This document shows, in pieces, positions 13,840 to 34,109 of a stretch of 64,000 bases of DNA. Source of the DNA: Octopus vulgaris (lineage: Eukaryota); NCBI GenBank assembly GCA_951406725.2, contig OX597830.1, positions 54,684,001 through 54,748,000 of the forward strand, in the 5' to 3' direction. Below the pieces are notes generated by a model. That model was not told where the DNA came from. It did no database searches and worked only from the letters and a program-made list of their open reading frames with translations. Made by a program: the position numbers and the translations under genes. How positions within the stretch are numbered: the stretch's first letter is position 1; each line of letters starts with the position of its first letter.

Positions 13840-14392
13840 TTATAGCTTTGTCCAGTTTCCTAATTCTAGGTATTTGGCATTATTGATGTCGGTGGCACCC
13901 TTTTGACACCAACTCTACTGAGGCTGCCTTTGGTCCCACTACACGATCACCCTGTTTTAAAGTAATCTAAATTAAACCCGTCCACCAAAATTCCATGCCA
14001 ATTTATGTTCTCCTTCACGGTAATCTCTCAAGTTCGAGAAAGACGATTCTGCAATTTCTTGCTGAACAACTTGCTCGAATTAATTGTTGATATTGATTAA
14101 GTGTCTATGCTGTACAGGAGCCTACTCCCCCTCTGAAATCGACATTGCTTGTACAGGTACACGGTTTACCACACATCAGATGCCGAAGTGGTCACTTTAT
14201 AATCTAAACACCTGCTTGATAATACCAAGGTTCCTTTACACCAGTGAATCACATGTGTTATGAACACACACCGCCTAAAGGAAGAGGGGTTCTCCGGTGG
14301 CGAAAAACAACTGATCAGATTATCACTTTAGAATTTGTCAACGTATTTAGATCTTGTACTTGAATCTCGACAAATAACGTAAACTCATGTAT

Positions 14393-14455
<63 letters not shown>

Positions 14456-16153
14456 AGCACATATACATGCATACAGATAGATACGATATTGTTTGAATTC
14501 TCGGTATTCTGCATGCACCTCATGAATTACTATTTGTTTGGCAGACATCTGCTCGCATCACAAATAGTTTGTTTGCTAGTTCTTATAAACAAGACATTGT
14601 GCTTTAACGAGATTCATTCGTCCAACCCTGGCATAGCTTCCACTATGGAGACAGAAATACGTCGAAACACCATGATGTCTCGAACTTTTTTTACATCGGT
14701 GAATCGCATATGTTATGAACATACATTGCCTAAACGAGGAGCTGTTTTCTGTGGACGAAAAACAACAGCAGTCAACATATTCGAATCTGTAGAACGTATT
14801 AAAACAATAAACTATTGTTTGAATTCTCCCTGTTCTGCGGGCACCTCATAAATTGTTAATGACAGTTATTTTAGTACTTTAAAAATCAATTCAAACAAAA
14901 TATATTTCAACAGAAATATTGTAACAAAAAGACTGAAACATAATGGCTAAAACATGAGAGCTAAAACATACCTCAATTCATTTCGGTTTCTGTGAGTATA
15001 TTAGGTGTATATTTGTGACTTTAGTGGATCCCGAGGGTCACCTGATTGAAGGAGTTTCTAAGGTAATTGTTGAGTTGGTTGTGTACTCACAGTTAGTCGG
15101 TTTGCTTTTTAGAGTTAGTCCCAGTAATTGATTTTTGGAAACTGCTTGATAACGAAATGTTTGTTGTTGCTGGAGAGTAGTTACGTTATTTGTAGTTACT
15201 ACGGTGATGTGTGAAGAGGTGTGACCATTGTTGATGTCGAGATTGTTCTTTTTGCAATTTGTTGGGACTAAAGAAAGAGACAGGCTCTTTAGGTCCTGTG
15301 AGACTGGTGTCATTAATGTTCCCTTTGCACCTTTATACGTTGATATCCACGATGAAGATATGAGAAGGGAGGGAATTGCAGGGGTCCGACGTTCTTGGAA
15401 AGGGGAGCTGGGCATAGATGTCGAAGTGATCAGTGTAAGGCATCAGAGGAAGAGTTGGACACAGCAAGAGGAGGGTGAGGGGGAAGGGGGTGAGGACAAG
15501 AAGTATGAAGAGGAAAGGAGAGGAAGGAGAGTAGGACGGACGATTGGATTTGAAATGCTTGAGGTGCGAGGCGGAGGAGAAAGAAGAGGGAAAGAAGAAG
15601 CGGGAGGGGAGCAGGAGGAGGAAAAGGAGGATAGACAGGCGGCACATTCTTGATCCACTGGTGGTGCTCGAGCCCAGCAAGTTCCAAGGAGTAAATGTCA
15701 TTATAGTAACGGCAAAAAAAAAAAAATAATAATAAAACAGTAAAGAGAGAACAATACACCGCACACCCTTGGGGCCAGACTTTCTGCCGATCAGTCGAGC
15801 GGTACTTTTGGTAGATGGGGTTCTAGGATGTCATGTGTGCATCAGCAACACTGTCACAGGTCTGAGAGCAATATTCTAATTATTTTCACTGCTTGTTCTC
15901 GGGTTTAATGTTTTGATACAAATGGCTGATAGCTGTAGTTTCGTTTTTCAAGGTTGTATTCGATATTTCCATGTTTAACTTATTGATATTTATTGAAGGT
16001 GAGCCATATTACTCATTGTTTCAAGATGTCCCTGATTTTTATTATCTCAGCTGTTACAGTTGTGTTATTCGACTTAAATTAGTTTACATGACTCTGTATT
16101 TTTGTTGGATGATGATTTGGCAATAAATATTTTGCTACATATGCGCACTCATG

Positions 16154-16311
<158 letters not shown>

Positions 16312-16847
16312 AGCATATATACATGCATACATACACAAACGCATAGATATAAGCATACATGCACACATGGCACACACACACATGGCACACACACACATGG
16401 CACACACACACATGGCACACACACACACACACACACACATGGCACACACATATGCATGCATACATACATACATACATACATACATACATACATACATACA
16501 TACATACATACATACATACATACACGAATCTGTACATGAATGTTGGTGATTGTGCTTTTGTTGAAGTCGGTAAAATTTAATTCTGTCTTTTGTTGAAAGT
16601 GAGAAAAAACTCATTAAACTGCGTCCGACAGTGAGGCCCCACTTCGGGAGTTCAAAAGTTTTAGACAATAAGGAGTTATCCCAGGTGTGCTCTAGCTCAG
16701 AGTGGTAGTACCTGTCAGTGGCCCTTGTTATGGCTGAAATAGCAGAAGACCGTTCTGTGGTTAAAGCGTGCAAGGCTCAGAAGGGAGGACTTTCTCCCTA
16801 GACACGTGTCACACAAGCCCTTTTATGTGTAGATATGCCCTGAGTCA

Positions 16848-17079
16848 AAGGCGGCGAGCTGGCAGAACCGTTAGCACGCCGGGCGAAATGCGTAGCCGTA
16901 TTTCGTCTGCCGTTACGTTCTGAGTTCAAATTCCGCCGACGTCGACTTTGACTTTCATCCTTTCGGGGTCGATAAATTAAGTACCAGTTACGCACTGGGG
17001 TCGATGTAATCGACTTAATCCGTTTGTCTTTCCTTGTTTGTCCTCTCTGTGTTTAGCCCCTTGTGGGTAATAAAGAAAC
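16848..17079 (+). mobile_element. SINE family B (tail B1)
   Basis: GGCGGCGAGCTGGCAGAA...GAGTTCAAATTCC...CTTTCATCCTTTCGGGGTCGATAAA; TSD AGATATGCCnTGAnTCA at 16831-16847 and 17080-17096. Confidence 0.9.
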
Positions 17080-17778
17080 AGATATGCCATGAATCACGTT
17101 AATCAATCCACGTGACTAAGGGTTAAATAGGCTGACTTAAGGGTAAGCTCGAAAGTGCAAGGGAGTGGCAGAGTAAGTTTAAAATAAACTGGCAAAAGGC
17201 GACGAAACACCACTGCTGTGTGTTCTCAGAAAAAGGAAAATCATGAATGTTTAGCTTCTGGCATGGAGGTTTGGGATCACCGATGCCTGTAAGCATAACA
17301 CATGAAGAGAGAGAGAGGGGGGAGAGGGAGGGAGAAGAAATAGAGAGAGAGAGGAGAGGAAGAAAGAGACAGACAGACAGACAGGTAGACAGAGGAGGAG
17401 GGAGAGCGTGAGGGAGAAAGAGAATGGCAGAAAGGAAGGAGGGTCTACTTTTCTTTTAAAGTCTGTGGTGTTTTGTTTTGGTTTCGTTTAATACCATGGG
17501 CAGCACTGGATTAACCATTAAGCAAAATAAGCACGTACTTAGGACATCAACAGAAGGGGCGGGAGCACCGCAGAAATGGTAAATGGTTTACGGCACAAAA
17601 GAAATCACTTTCAAACTTACTAAGATAATAGTCGAAGTCGTTGATATGGTCGGAAATATAATTTTGAAATACCCATGGCATCATAGTGAGGATCATATCA
17701 GAGCCTTTGCAATCAACAATGTAGGAGAATCGACGGGGCTTGCACGCTTTGCGAGCTCCATGACCATTTCTCCATGAC

Positions 17779-18914
17779 AATTCTATTGGAATTGACTTCA
17801 GATACAATAACCTTGTTATTAATATTTCTAGAGGGTTGGATGGTATTAGTTAAATTAATGTTAGTATTAGTAAATGTATTAATATTTAACAGTTTGTTAT
17901 TATGAGAAGATATAATTTGCAAGAGATTTTTTGTGTTTGAAAAACCTATCCTAACCTTATGTGAATTAATTATAGAGTAATATCTAGATATTACTCTATA
18001 ATTAATTCACATAAGGTTAGGATAGGTTTTTCAAACACAAAAAATCTCTTGCAAATTATATCTTCTCATAATAACAAACTGTTAAATATTAATACATTTA
18101 TTAATACTAACATTAATTTAACTAATACCATCCAACCCTCTAGAAATATTAATAACAAGGTTATTGCATCTGAAGTCAATTCCAATAGAATTAAATTTAT
18201 GTCAAGTAACTCTAAGATTAAAAATTCTATATACCAGTGTATAATCAGTACTCGTAATAAAGTACGATTGTACATTGGAAGCACATCGTTAGAGTTATCT
18301 AAAAGAATTTCTATCCATTACTCAACATTTAGGGATAGAAATAAACGGAATAGTACCGGTCTCAGCAAACTGATTTGGGATTTAAAAGACCACAATGAAC
18401 AATTTCATTTAGAATGGTTGATCCTCTCAATTTCGATACCATATGACAAAGGCAAGAAATTCTGTCTTCTCTGCAATTCTGAGCTATTTTTCATTATTTT
18501 TTCTAAAAATACTCTAGTAAACACGGTTATAGAACGAGCATACAGATGTAAGCATTGGCAGAAACATACTTTTAGTGCATATAAGTAGTCTCTATCATTA
18601 TATATAGTTTAAACTGTAATTTCCTTTATATTTAACATTCACTATTAATATCCCTACTCTTTCTGTTAGCTACTTATGACGTTATATCATATAACGTTTT
18701 TTTAAACAATATTAATAGCGTTCTGTCTATCGCTATACGAATCCATCATTTTTTGCTAAAATGTCGTATTGACGAGTTTCGTTTTTTCACTTTCCCGAAG
18801 AGAAGATTGCATTGTTTATACCTTTTATTCTTTTGAATAAGTATCAGTGGAATTTTCGAAACATATGTAGAAAGTAAAAATACTTGTTTAAACCTGCATT
18901 AACTCCATTTTTTA

Positions 18915-18917
<3 letters not shown>
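17779..18917 (+). mobile_element. Penelope-like element 3' fragment (GIY-YIG endonuclease with C-terminal CxxC...CxH, possibly Naiad-like) with palindromic 5' inversion
   Basis: Open frame to stop at 18588: SIYQC...LYIGST...KRISIH...TGLSKLIWDLK...LEW...FCLLCNSE...LVN...CKH; hammerhead in the 3' region; ends at (TA)n. Confidence 0.85.
18789..18875 (+). ncRNA. Type I hammerhead ribozyme (CCGAAGA core variant, long stem II)
   Basis: Stem I ACTTTC/GAAAGT; core CCGAAGA 18795-18801; stem II GAAGATT/AATTTTC extended by CATTG/CAGTG, ATAC/GTAT, TTATTC/GAATAA; GAAA; palindromic ACATATGT; GUA triplet 18867-18869. Confidence 0.8.
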
Positions 18918-19005
<88 letters not shown>

Positions 19006-19599
19006 GGGCACCAAAATCTTTTGTGTGCTTAGGTCTTCTATGGGTCTTAATCCGACCCTTGCCATGTAAGTGTGGTCTGGTGCTGAGGATTAGTGAGTAG
19101 TAAGTAGGAGAAGTGCATGGCTGTTCGCCACGTGGCTGAGGTAGCTAAATGACGAGCAGATCAGAAAGCGATATCTAGAGAAAAGTACCGTAAATTAGCT
19201 TCGTGGAATATGTAAGTCCTATTGTGACACGACGGTTTTTCTGTAAAAAGTATATCAGTCAAGTGTTATGACTCTAATGTTACCCGTATTTCTTTTCCAC
19301 CAGAATGTGTTGCTTGTATTACAGTCTGTGCCTAAGTTAGGAGTGTGGGGCCAATATATGATTACTCAAGCGGGTAAGAAATGGCAACCAAATATCCCTC
19401 AAATCGTACACTGCTGTCTTGAAAGGACAAAACATTAGATAATGTAATCCTAGGTACACAATGCTTACATAAAAAATAACAACATAGCCACGGCTGTAAC
19501 GTTGGTTGACTGATGAATCATGAGTGGTATCTTTGAAAATATTGGTGATGTTAGTAATGGCATTAATGGTTTTGATGATATGATGGTCTTGTTAGGATG

Positions 19600-26060
<6,461 letters not shown>

Positions 26061-26654
26061 ACACTGCTACCACTACCGTCTCTACAGGAACCATGGAAAC
26101 CTATATGTAATGTCTCTGCCTTCCAGAAACAGCAGCCAAAATCTCGCTAAAATTCCATGCTGCTCCTTATTACTGTAGTCAGTCCCTCCGTTACCTGACC
26201 CCCCTTGCAACGTAGGGAGAAGCAAGGCAAACGAGATGATCCCTGACAGGGGGATTCTTCGCTCTATAAGGATCGACTCAATCAGGATTGACCGGGGGCT
26301 AAACAACAACAACAACAACACCAAATAAACAATGTGGCAAACAAACGTGACACGATAAAATTTCAACGAAACATCACCGCCGCCACCACCACCACCACCA
26401 CCACCACCACCGCAACCACCACCACCATCACCACCATCATCATCATCCTTTTCTCTTCCTCCTCCTCCCCTTCCTCCTCCTCCTTGGTCTCATCTTTCAT
26501 TGTTCTCGTAATATTACCTTCTCTCATCTCCAGCACACTCCATCTGTGGCCCTTGGGGGGGGGGACAATAATAATTCACCACCACCACCACCACCACCAC
26601 CATCATTATTATCATTATTATTATTATTATTATCAACAGGTTAAATTATACTTG

Positions 26655-26830
26655 AGCGGTATTTCGTCTGCTTTTGACGTTCTGAGTTCAAATTCCGCCG
26701 AGGTCGACTTTGCTTTTTCATCCTTTCGGCGTCAGTAAATTAAAGCACTGGTCCAAGTACTGTGGTCAGTGTGATCGATTATACCCTTCCCACCAAATTT
26801 CAGGCCTTGTGCCTTTCAGTAGAAAGAATT
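26655..26830 (+). mobile_element. SINE family B (tail B2) followed by (ATT)n
   Basis: GTTCTGAGTTCAAATTCCGCCGAGGTCGACTTTGC...GGCCTTGTGCCTTTCAGTAGAAAGAATT. Confidence 0.8.
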
Positions 26831-26958
26831 ATTATTACTATCATTATTACTATTATTATTATTATTATTATCATTATTATCATTATTATTATTGTGATTA
26901 TCATTATCATTACTATTATTATTATCATTATTATTATTGTGATTATCATTATCATTAC

Positions 26959-26994
<36 letters not shown>

Positions 26995-27014
26995 CATTAT
27001 TACTATTATTATTA

Positions 27015-27051
<37 letters not shown>

Positions 27052-27155
27052 CATTACTATTATTATTATTATTATTCAATGAGAGAGCAGTGCATGCCTT
27101 CAAAGTGACACTGGGGTAAAAATATACGAAGCCCAGCATACCCATCATGACTGCC

Positions 27156-27190
<35 letters not shown>

Positions 27191-27255
27191 CATTATTATT
27201 ATTATTATTATTATCATCATTATTATTATCATTATTATTATTATTATTATTATCA

Positions 27256-27292
<37 letters not shown>

Positions 27293-27431
27293 CATTATTA
27301 TTATTATTATTTAAGATGATAGTGGCGATGATGAAGCTGGCTATGACGATGTTGATGTTGATGTTGATGTTGATGATGATAACGACCACCACAATTACGA
27401 CGGTGTGGCTATCATGACAATGATGATGACA

Positions 27432-27465
<34 letters not shown>

Positions 27466-27894
27466 CAATGATGATGATGATGACAATGATGATGACGATG
27501 ATGACATTGTGACAAGCACTTACCTCCCAGCCTGTTCATTAAGGAAGCCGGTATGGCTTCGTCCCGTAGACGCCACGGCTGCTACTTTCGTTGACTTTCC
27601 CACTCACTCATACACTCTCGCACGCACACCCGATGCAACAACAACAACACCGACCGCCGCTACTGCTACCGCTACCACCATTACTATAGCCTCAACTACA
27701 ACAGCAGCAGCAGCAGCAGCAGCAGCAGTTGTGACATCAGCAGCAGCAGCAACCACTACCAACACAACAGCAGCAGCAGCGGCAGCGGCAGCAAAACACT
27801 GCTGCAACAACAGCAGCATCAACAGTAGCCTCATCAGTAGTAGCAGCAGCAGCAGCGTCAGTAGTGTTATCGGCAGTTGCAGTAGTATTATTAT

Positions 27895-27942
<48 letters not shown>

Positions 27943-27947
27943 GAGTG

Positions 27948-27993
<46 letters not shown>

Positions 27994-28004
27994 CGGTGGT
28001 GGTG

Positions 28005-28045
<41 letters not shown>

Positions 28046-28127
28046 GGTGGTGGTGGTGGTGGTAGTAGTTGTGGTGGTGGTGGTGGTGGTAGTAGTAGTA
28101 GTTGTGGTGGTGGTGGTAGTAGTAGTG

Positions 28128-28176
<49 letters not shown>

Positions 28177-28630
28177 TAGTAGTAGTAGTAGTAGTGGTGG
28201 TTGTGGTGGTAGTAGTAGTGGTGTTACTGCTACTGGTTACTGCTGCAGTAACAAGAACAACACCAACTACAACATCAACATCAACGGCAATAACAATAAC
28301 GGTAACTACCAGCACAAGGCGGTGGTGGGGCGGTCGTAACAACAACAACAGGAGGACAACTGCAACAACAATAACAACAACAACAATAGTAGTTTCAACA
28401 GCGACAACAACGTGAGAAACGACAACAGCATCAACAACAACAACAACAACAACAACTGTAACAGCAGCAGCAGCAATGACGACACTAATAACAACAGCAC
28501 CACTAATATCAATAACTGCAACAACAACAATAACAATACCACAAAAAAAACAACAATAACAACAATCACAGCACCACCACTACCCTTTCCACCACCAACA
28601 ACAATCACAACATCAACAACAAGAATGACC
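26830..28630. repeat. Trinucleotide repeat field: (ATT)n, (GAT)n, (CAG)n, (AGT)n, (GGT)n, (AAC)n
   Basis: Directly visible. Confidence 0.95.
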
Positions 28631-28636
28631 ATTCTA

Positions 28637-28812
28637 AAAGGGGCTAAACACAGAGAGGACAAACAAGGACAGACAAACGGATTAAGTCGATTATATATCG
28701 ACCTCAGTACGTAACTGGTACTTATTTAATCGACCCCGAAAGGATGAGAGGCAAAGTCGACCTCGACGGAATTTGAACTCAGAACGTAGCAGCAGACGAA
28801 ATACCGCTAAGC
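28637..28812 (-). mobile_element. SINE family B (tail B1)
   Basis: Reverse complement of the 16848-17079 type. Confidence 0.85.
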
Positions 28813-29148
28813 TCACCTATGATCCACGCGACAGACGGGCTGTGATCAAAGACGTTCCAGACATGACCATCCTACCGTCTTTATTAAAATACTGTTTGCC
28901 CAGGACTTCATTATCCAACGTGCCCTTTTCTGAGACGGTAGGGTGAGATATTAAGGGAGAGCTACTAGCTATATCTAGCATTTGAAACTACCACGTAGGA
29001 GTTTCCTTTTAGATCTCAGCTAACGCCAAATCAGTCCTAATTAAAAACGCTATAATTAAAGGTGTCCCAGCTGTGACCAGTTTGTCCTTTCCTCTCTGGT
29101 ACAGTGATTCTAATACTACACTAACCAATATATTTTGAGACAGCACAA

Positions 29149-29462
29149 GTGGAGGCGAAATGGCCCAGTGGTTAGGGCAGCAGACTCGCGGTCGGGGGAT
29201 CGCGGTTTCGATTCCCAAACCGGCGTCGTGTGTGTTTATTGAGCGAAAACACCTAAAGTTCCACGACGCTCCACGAGGGGTGGTGGCGACCCCTGTTATA
29301 CTCTTTAGTCCCAACTTTCTCTCACTCTCTCTTCCTGTTTCTTGAGTAACGCTGCGATGGACTGGCATACCATCCAGCTGGGGGGAACACATATGCCAGA
29401 GAAACCGGGCCCATGAGCCTGGCTAGGCTTGGAAAGGGCGCAGAAATAAAAAAACAAAAAAA
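29149..29462 (+). mobile_element. SINE family C, head H2 + tail T1
   Basis: Head and body as 44479-44675, tail as 13722-13827; A-rich end; short TSD ACAAGTG. Confidence 0.85.
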
Positions 29463-29508
29463 CAAGTGTCATTCGAAGGAGATTTGGCTGCTATTTCTTG
29501 CAGATTTA

Positions 29509-29541
<33 letters not shown>

Positions 29542-29989
29542 TATGTATGTATTTATGTTTTCTGATTTTAATTATTTGAATAATTCTGAGGAATAAGTTG
29601 ATTTCTCACAAAGGTACAAAGCTCCGTCGTTTGAATGTAGATAACAAAAACAAAGTCACATTTTGAGAAAAGTCTTGCATATTTTTACTGTTCCACTTAC
29701 AGAGTGTATGTATAATGTGCGTATGAGCTGGCTGATTTCTTTTTCGGAAAACTCCAGATTGTCAGTGGCGCATTTACTTACAAAACCAAGTGCATCTATA
29801 ATTATTGGTATAAATATGAATTTATAAACTGGTCACAGGAGCTGGAGGTTTCAAAGCAGTTTCCCGTAGCTAGATTCTTTCTCTTTGATTTTCAAAGAGA
29901 TATTCACATCAGAAGGACAGCCGATCTCTATGGCGGGACATGCTTTTTTTTTTTTTATCATTTTCTGTCCCAAATGACAATAGCAGTTT

Positions 29990-30194
29990 ACTCTTTTACT
30001 CTTTTATACTTGTTTCAGTCATTTGACTGTGGCCATGCTGAAGCACCGCCTTTAGTCGAGCAAATCGACCCCAGGACTTATTCTTTGTAAGCCTAGTACT
30101 TATTCTATCGGGTTTTTTTTGCCGAACCGCTAAGTTACGGGGACATAAACACACCAGCATCGGTTGTCAAGCGATATTGGGCGGACAAACATAG

Positions 30195-30227
<33 letters not shown>

Positions 30228-31077
30228 TATATATACGACAGGCTTCTTTCAGTTTCCGTCTACCAAATCCACTCACAAGGCTTTGGTCGGCCCGAGGCTA
30301 TAGTAGAAGACACTTGCCCAAGGTGTCACGCAGTGGGACTGAACCCGGAACCATGTGGTTGGTAAGCAAGCTACTTACCACACAGTCACTCCTGCGCCTT
30401 GTTTACTCCTTGTTTACACGTGACAGAAATGTTGTTGGAAATGTTTCACCAGTATTCCATGAGTTGATGTTTGTGTTTGTATTCAATAATACTCTTTTAC
30501 TCTTTTACTCTTTTACTTGTTTCAGTCATTTGACTGCGGCCATGCTGGAGCACCGCCTTTAGTCGAGCAAATACACACACACATACATATATATACGACA
30601 GGCTTCTTTCAGTTTCCGTCTACCAAATCCACTCACAAGGCATTGGTCGGCCCGGGGCTATAGCAGAAGACACTTGCCCAAGATGCCACGCAGTGGGACT
30701 GAACCCGGAACCATGTGGTTGGTTAGCAAGCTACTTACCACACAGCCACTCCTGAATAGGGGGATTCTGTATAATAATTCCAGGACAATTTCTTTTTTTT
30801 CTCGAATACTGTTTTCGCGACATCGTGTCTCATCGAGAGGTAGTACTTGATGACACTTTTGGGCGGCTGCTAATCACGTGTGATGCCTTCCACAAAAATA
30901 TGTTATGACGCAGGAGTGGCTGTGTGGTAAGTAGCTTGCTTACCAGCCACATAGGTCCAGGTTCAGTCCCACTGCGTGGCATCTTGGGCAAGTGTCTTCT
31001 ACTATAGCCTCGGGCCGACCAAAGCCTTGTGAGTGGATTTGGTAGACGGAAACTGAAAGAAGCCCGTCGCAAATATG

Positions 31078-31112
<35 letters not shown>

Positions 31113-31330
31113 TTGTGTGTCTGCGTTTGTCCCCCTAGCATTGCTTGACAACCGATGCTGGTGTGTTTACGTCCCCGTTATTTAGCAGTTCGGCAAAAAA
31201 AACCGATAGAATAAGTACTGGACTTACAAAGAATAAGTCCCGGGGTCGATTTGCTCGACTAAAGGTGGTGCTCCAGCATGGCCGCAGTCAACTGACTGAA
31301 ACAAGTAAAAGAGTAAAAGAGAGTAAAGAG
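29990..31330. mobile_element. Cluster of three SINE family A copies: 29990-30398 (-), 30490-30755 (-, internally deleted), 30907-31330 (+)
   Basis: Near-identical heads in opposite orientations. Confidence 0.9.
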
Positions 31331-31339
31331 ATCCACATT

Positions 31340-31980
31340 TTCGGTTGCATCGCTGAGCTCCAAGGGCTTCACTGTTTTTTGCTTGTTAGGTATTTGTAGC
31401 AATCTCCTGTTCATGGATTACAAATGCATCGCCTTCGAAGTGTGATGTGATGTAACTGTCACTAGCCCAAGAGAGGCTGCGCTTAATGTAGATATTACCA
31501 TCTTCTTCAAAACTATGGGAAACGTGTTTCTAAGTCTGGTGTAATATTCTCAGGTCACTCCATTTTTATTCACAACACCTTCATATATGTTTTCATCAAT
31601 GCCTAGATAGTGAGACCATTGATGCACAGGTTTTGGGCCTGGGGCACTGATTTTCCATGTTCAACAATCAAATACGAATATTTCCTTTGGCCAAATTCCA
31701 TTCCTATGTCAGCTGCTTTTTGAAGTTGCTAACATTTTTAGCATAAATCTTGAGGTCATCCGCAAAAAAAAATTTGGGTTACATTGATATCTCTAGCAGT
31801 AGCAGACCGTAACACGCAGCCATTTTTATTTATTTACTTATTTATTTTTTTGTAACAAGAATGATAATGAATTTAACGCCAAAATTAACAGAATTATAGA
31901 AAAACTATCTCCTTGGAATATTTCCTTTGAAATATTTATAGCACTAGAGAGATTGTTCTGCTCTCAGTTCACAACAGACC
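31340..31980 (-). mobile_element. R4/Dong-like non-LTR reverse transcriptase remnant
   Basis: Minus strand: FQGDSFSIILLILALNSLSFLL, FADDLKIYAK, DIGMEFG; many frameshifts. Confidence 0.65.
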
Positions 31981-33239
31981 TTTTCGGCAAGCCAAAAAAT
32001 GAGAGATGGAAGAGATGGAGAGGAGATTACAGCAGTACACGGTGATTCCCGGAAGAAATATTGGGAGATTGTCTCTTCCCACTACCCATGCCCAAACTTC
32101 ACACCCACTTCAACATAGCAGACTTCATTTTCGTCGAAGTGAGGGCAGTGTTTGTAAAAGCTCAGGAACAATATGTTCCATGGCCATCTGGTTCCATATA
32201 TAAGATTTACAAAAAACTGTTCTCTACTGCTGAGATGGCTAACAAGATTTTAATGTTTGATCTGGAAGAATAAGAAGCAGGATCCTCGGCTCTGGACAGT
32301 TGTCTCAAAAGAAGGAAACTCAGCAGGACTTGACCAGTTTGCCAAAAGATTAGCAACATATCTACTGGTCAATGAGTGCATCGACATGAGAGTCCAAAAG
32401 GAAGGAGTCTCATGTTATACTGGATGATTTGAACATACATCAGCAATCAGCGACATCGTTAAAAAGGTGAAAAGGGAACACCAACACACTCTCAATGATA
32501 TGGTTAGATCTCGTTAAATCTTTCCCAAGTGTTTCCCCACCAGCTAATGTGCACTGGAGTACTACCAAGTACCAACAGCAATAGTCGAACTCATAACGTC
32601 GCTCGTGGATTCGCTGATGATGAAGTTCTTAGAGGTAGGAGGAAAACTGTCAAGACGACTCGAAACCGATAACAGCACAAGTATCCAGTTTGCATAGCCC
32701 TCATGGGTAACATAACGGTCATGGTAACATTAAGCCAAGGGACACGTGGAAAAGATGGATACGTGGTAATGTATGGAGTTCAAGTCAGTAAAATTTCGGA
32801 ACTTGAGTATCCTTAAAGGAATGTTGATAAACATCTTCAATATCCAGGAGTCTAACAGGAATTTCCTGCTATTCTTGATCGATAATGGAATACAACGGGC
32901 CAACAAAGTCAGGAACTAAGACAGACAATGAAGCATTTCGAACTTGGAAGTCCTACCTGCACTTCCCAAAACAATGAGCCGTATAACATCACGTTCTAGA
33001 ACATACATAGACTTAAAAAGGACAGCAGGTTGAACCAAATCAAGGAAAAAGTAGTAAAACAGGCCAAACTTCACATTATAACAAAAAAAAACATCAGTAA
33101 AAAGTGCGGAGGGCCCAAATGTGGTGTATATGTTTTAACTTGACAACTTTTCACTATAAGAAATAACTTCACCTGTGCATTTGAAACCTAATCTATGCAA
33201 TTATGTGCTCAACATGAGGAGAAAATTACATAGAACAAA

Positions 33240-33730
33240 TGGAAGGCTCCATAAGACAACGCATGACTCTGCATGGGTCGCAAATTAAAATACGATAATG
33301 ATCGCGGAAAATCAATTAGGGTCATCGCCAAAGAACTTCAAGTGTTGGAGTCGATTATCAGAGCTGTGATGCAGGAGAACATTCAATACAAGTCGTACGG
33401 ACTGAGAAGCCAATTCACAGACCAAAGCAGCTAGGTCTGTGCCAAGTGATTACTTAGCAAGGTATAAAAAAACTCTCACGATTATAGCACGCATTTCTTT
33501 TCTCTCGTGATAAAAACTTAGACACAGGCTAAGTCTTACAAGAGGAATGACAGATGATTATGTACAAATCCTGTTGAGCTCCAGAATGATGTGCACTAAA
33601 TGAGATGATTTTAGAAGTGGTGAGTAACGAAGGTCAATGTCATGTCACCTAACATCTTTCCACAAGCTCTTACAAATAATGATGCTGGATACGTCGAAGT
33701 GTTAGAGGTAGTTGTTTAAGCCTTGAATTC
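33240..33730 (+). mobile_element. maT/DD37D-like transposase remnant
   Basis: KSIRVIAKELQV...YKSY, RNDR, MILEVVSNEG motifs across frameshifts. Confidence 0.55.
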
Positions 33731-33918
33731 ATGAAATCATAAAATAAGAATGCTTACCGAGAACGTATAGACAGATTTTTATTAGAATACATTTGGCTTT
33801 TGCGAAATTAGAGTTGTTTTATTAAATTATCTAATTATACCCTCACTTAACTCTCACAACCTGGATTTATATATGCGTGTGTATGTGTGTGTGTGCGTGT
33901 GTGTGTGTGCGTGCGTGC

Positions 33919-33991
<73 letters not shown>

Positions 33992-34109
33992 TAAGTATGC
34001 ATTTATGTATGTCCATGTCGTTTGTATTTTCTTGCCTACTTACCTATTAATCTGTCTGTCTGTCTGCGTGCTTGCAGAATTTCGGTTTGCAGAATTTTAC
34101 ATACATTTT

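Noticed and set aside
12960-16130. Possible very old PLE and piggyBac-like fragments (12960-13560, 13897-14935, 15750-16130)
   Set aside because: Only faint motif resemblance; cannot be supported without alignment
18590-18790. SECIS element after the possibly Naiad-like ORF (ATGA followed by a hairpin near 18676)
   Set aside because: Short simple hairpin lacks SECIS geometry, and the visible ORF has no in-frame TGA
17501-19060. hAT-like MITE ends (CAGCACTGGATTAA / TTAATCCGACCCT) enclosing the PLE
   Set aside because: TIR match is partial and there is no clean 8-bp TSD
27524-27834. Minus-strand MRLLLMLLLLQQCFAAA ORF with in-frame TGA (selenoprotein or readthrough idea)
   Set aside because: Hydrophobicity comes from (CTG)n/(TTG)n repeats; no SECIS or homology evidence
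27509-28348. Long Ser/Gly/Thr/Ala ORFs, including a 276-aa ORF
   Set aside because: Almost entirely (CAG)n, (AGT)n and (GGT)n; open in several frames on both strands
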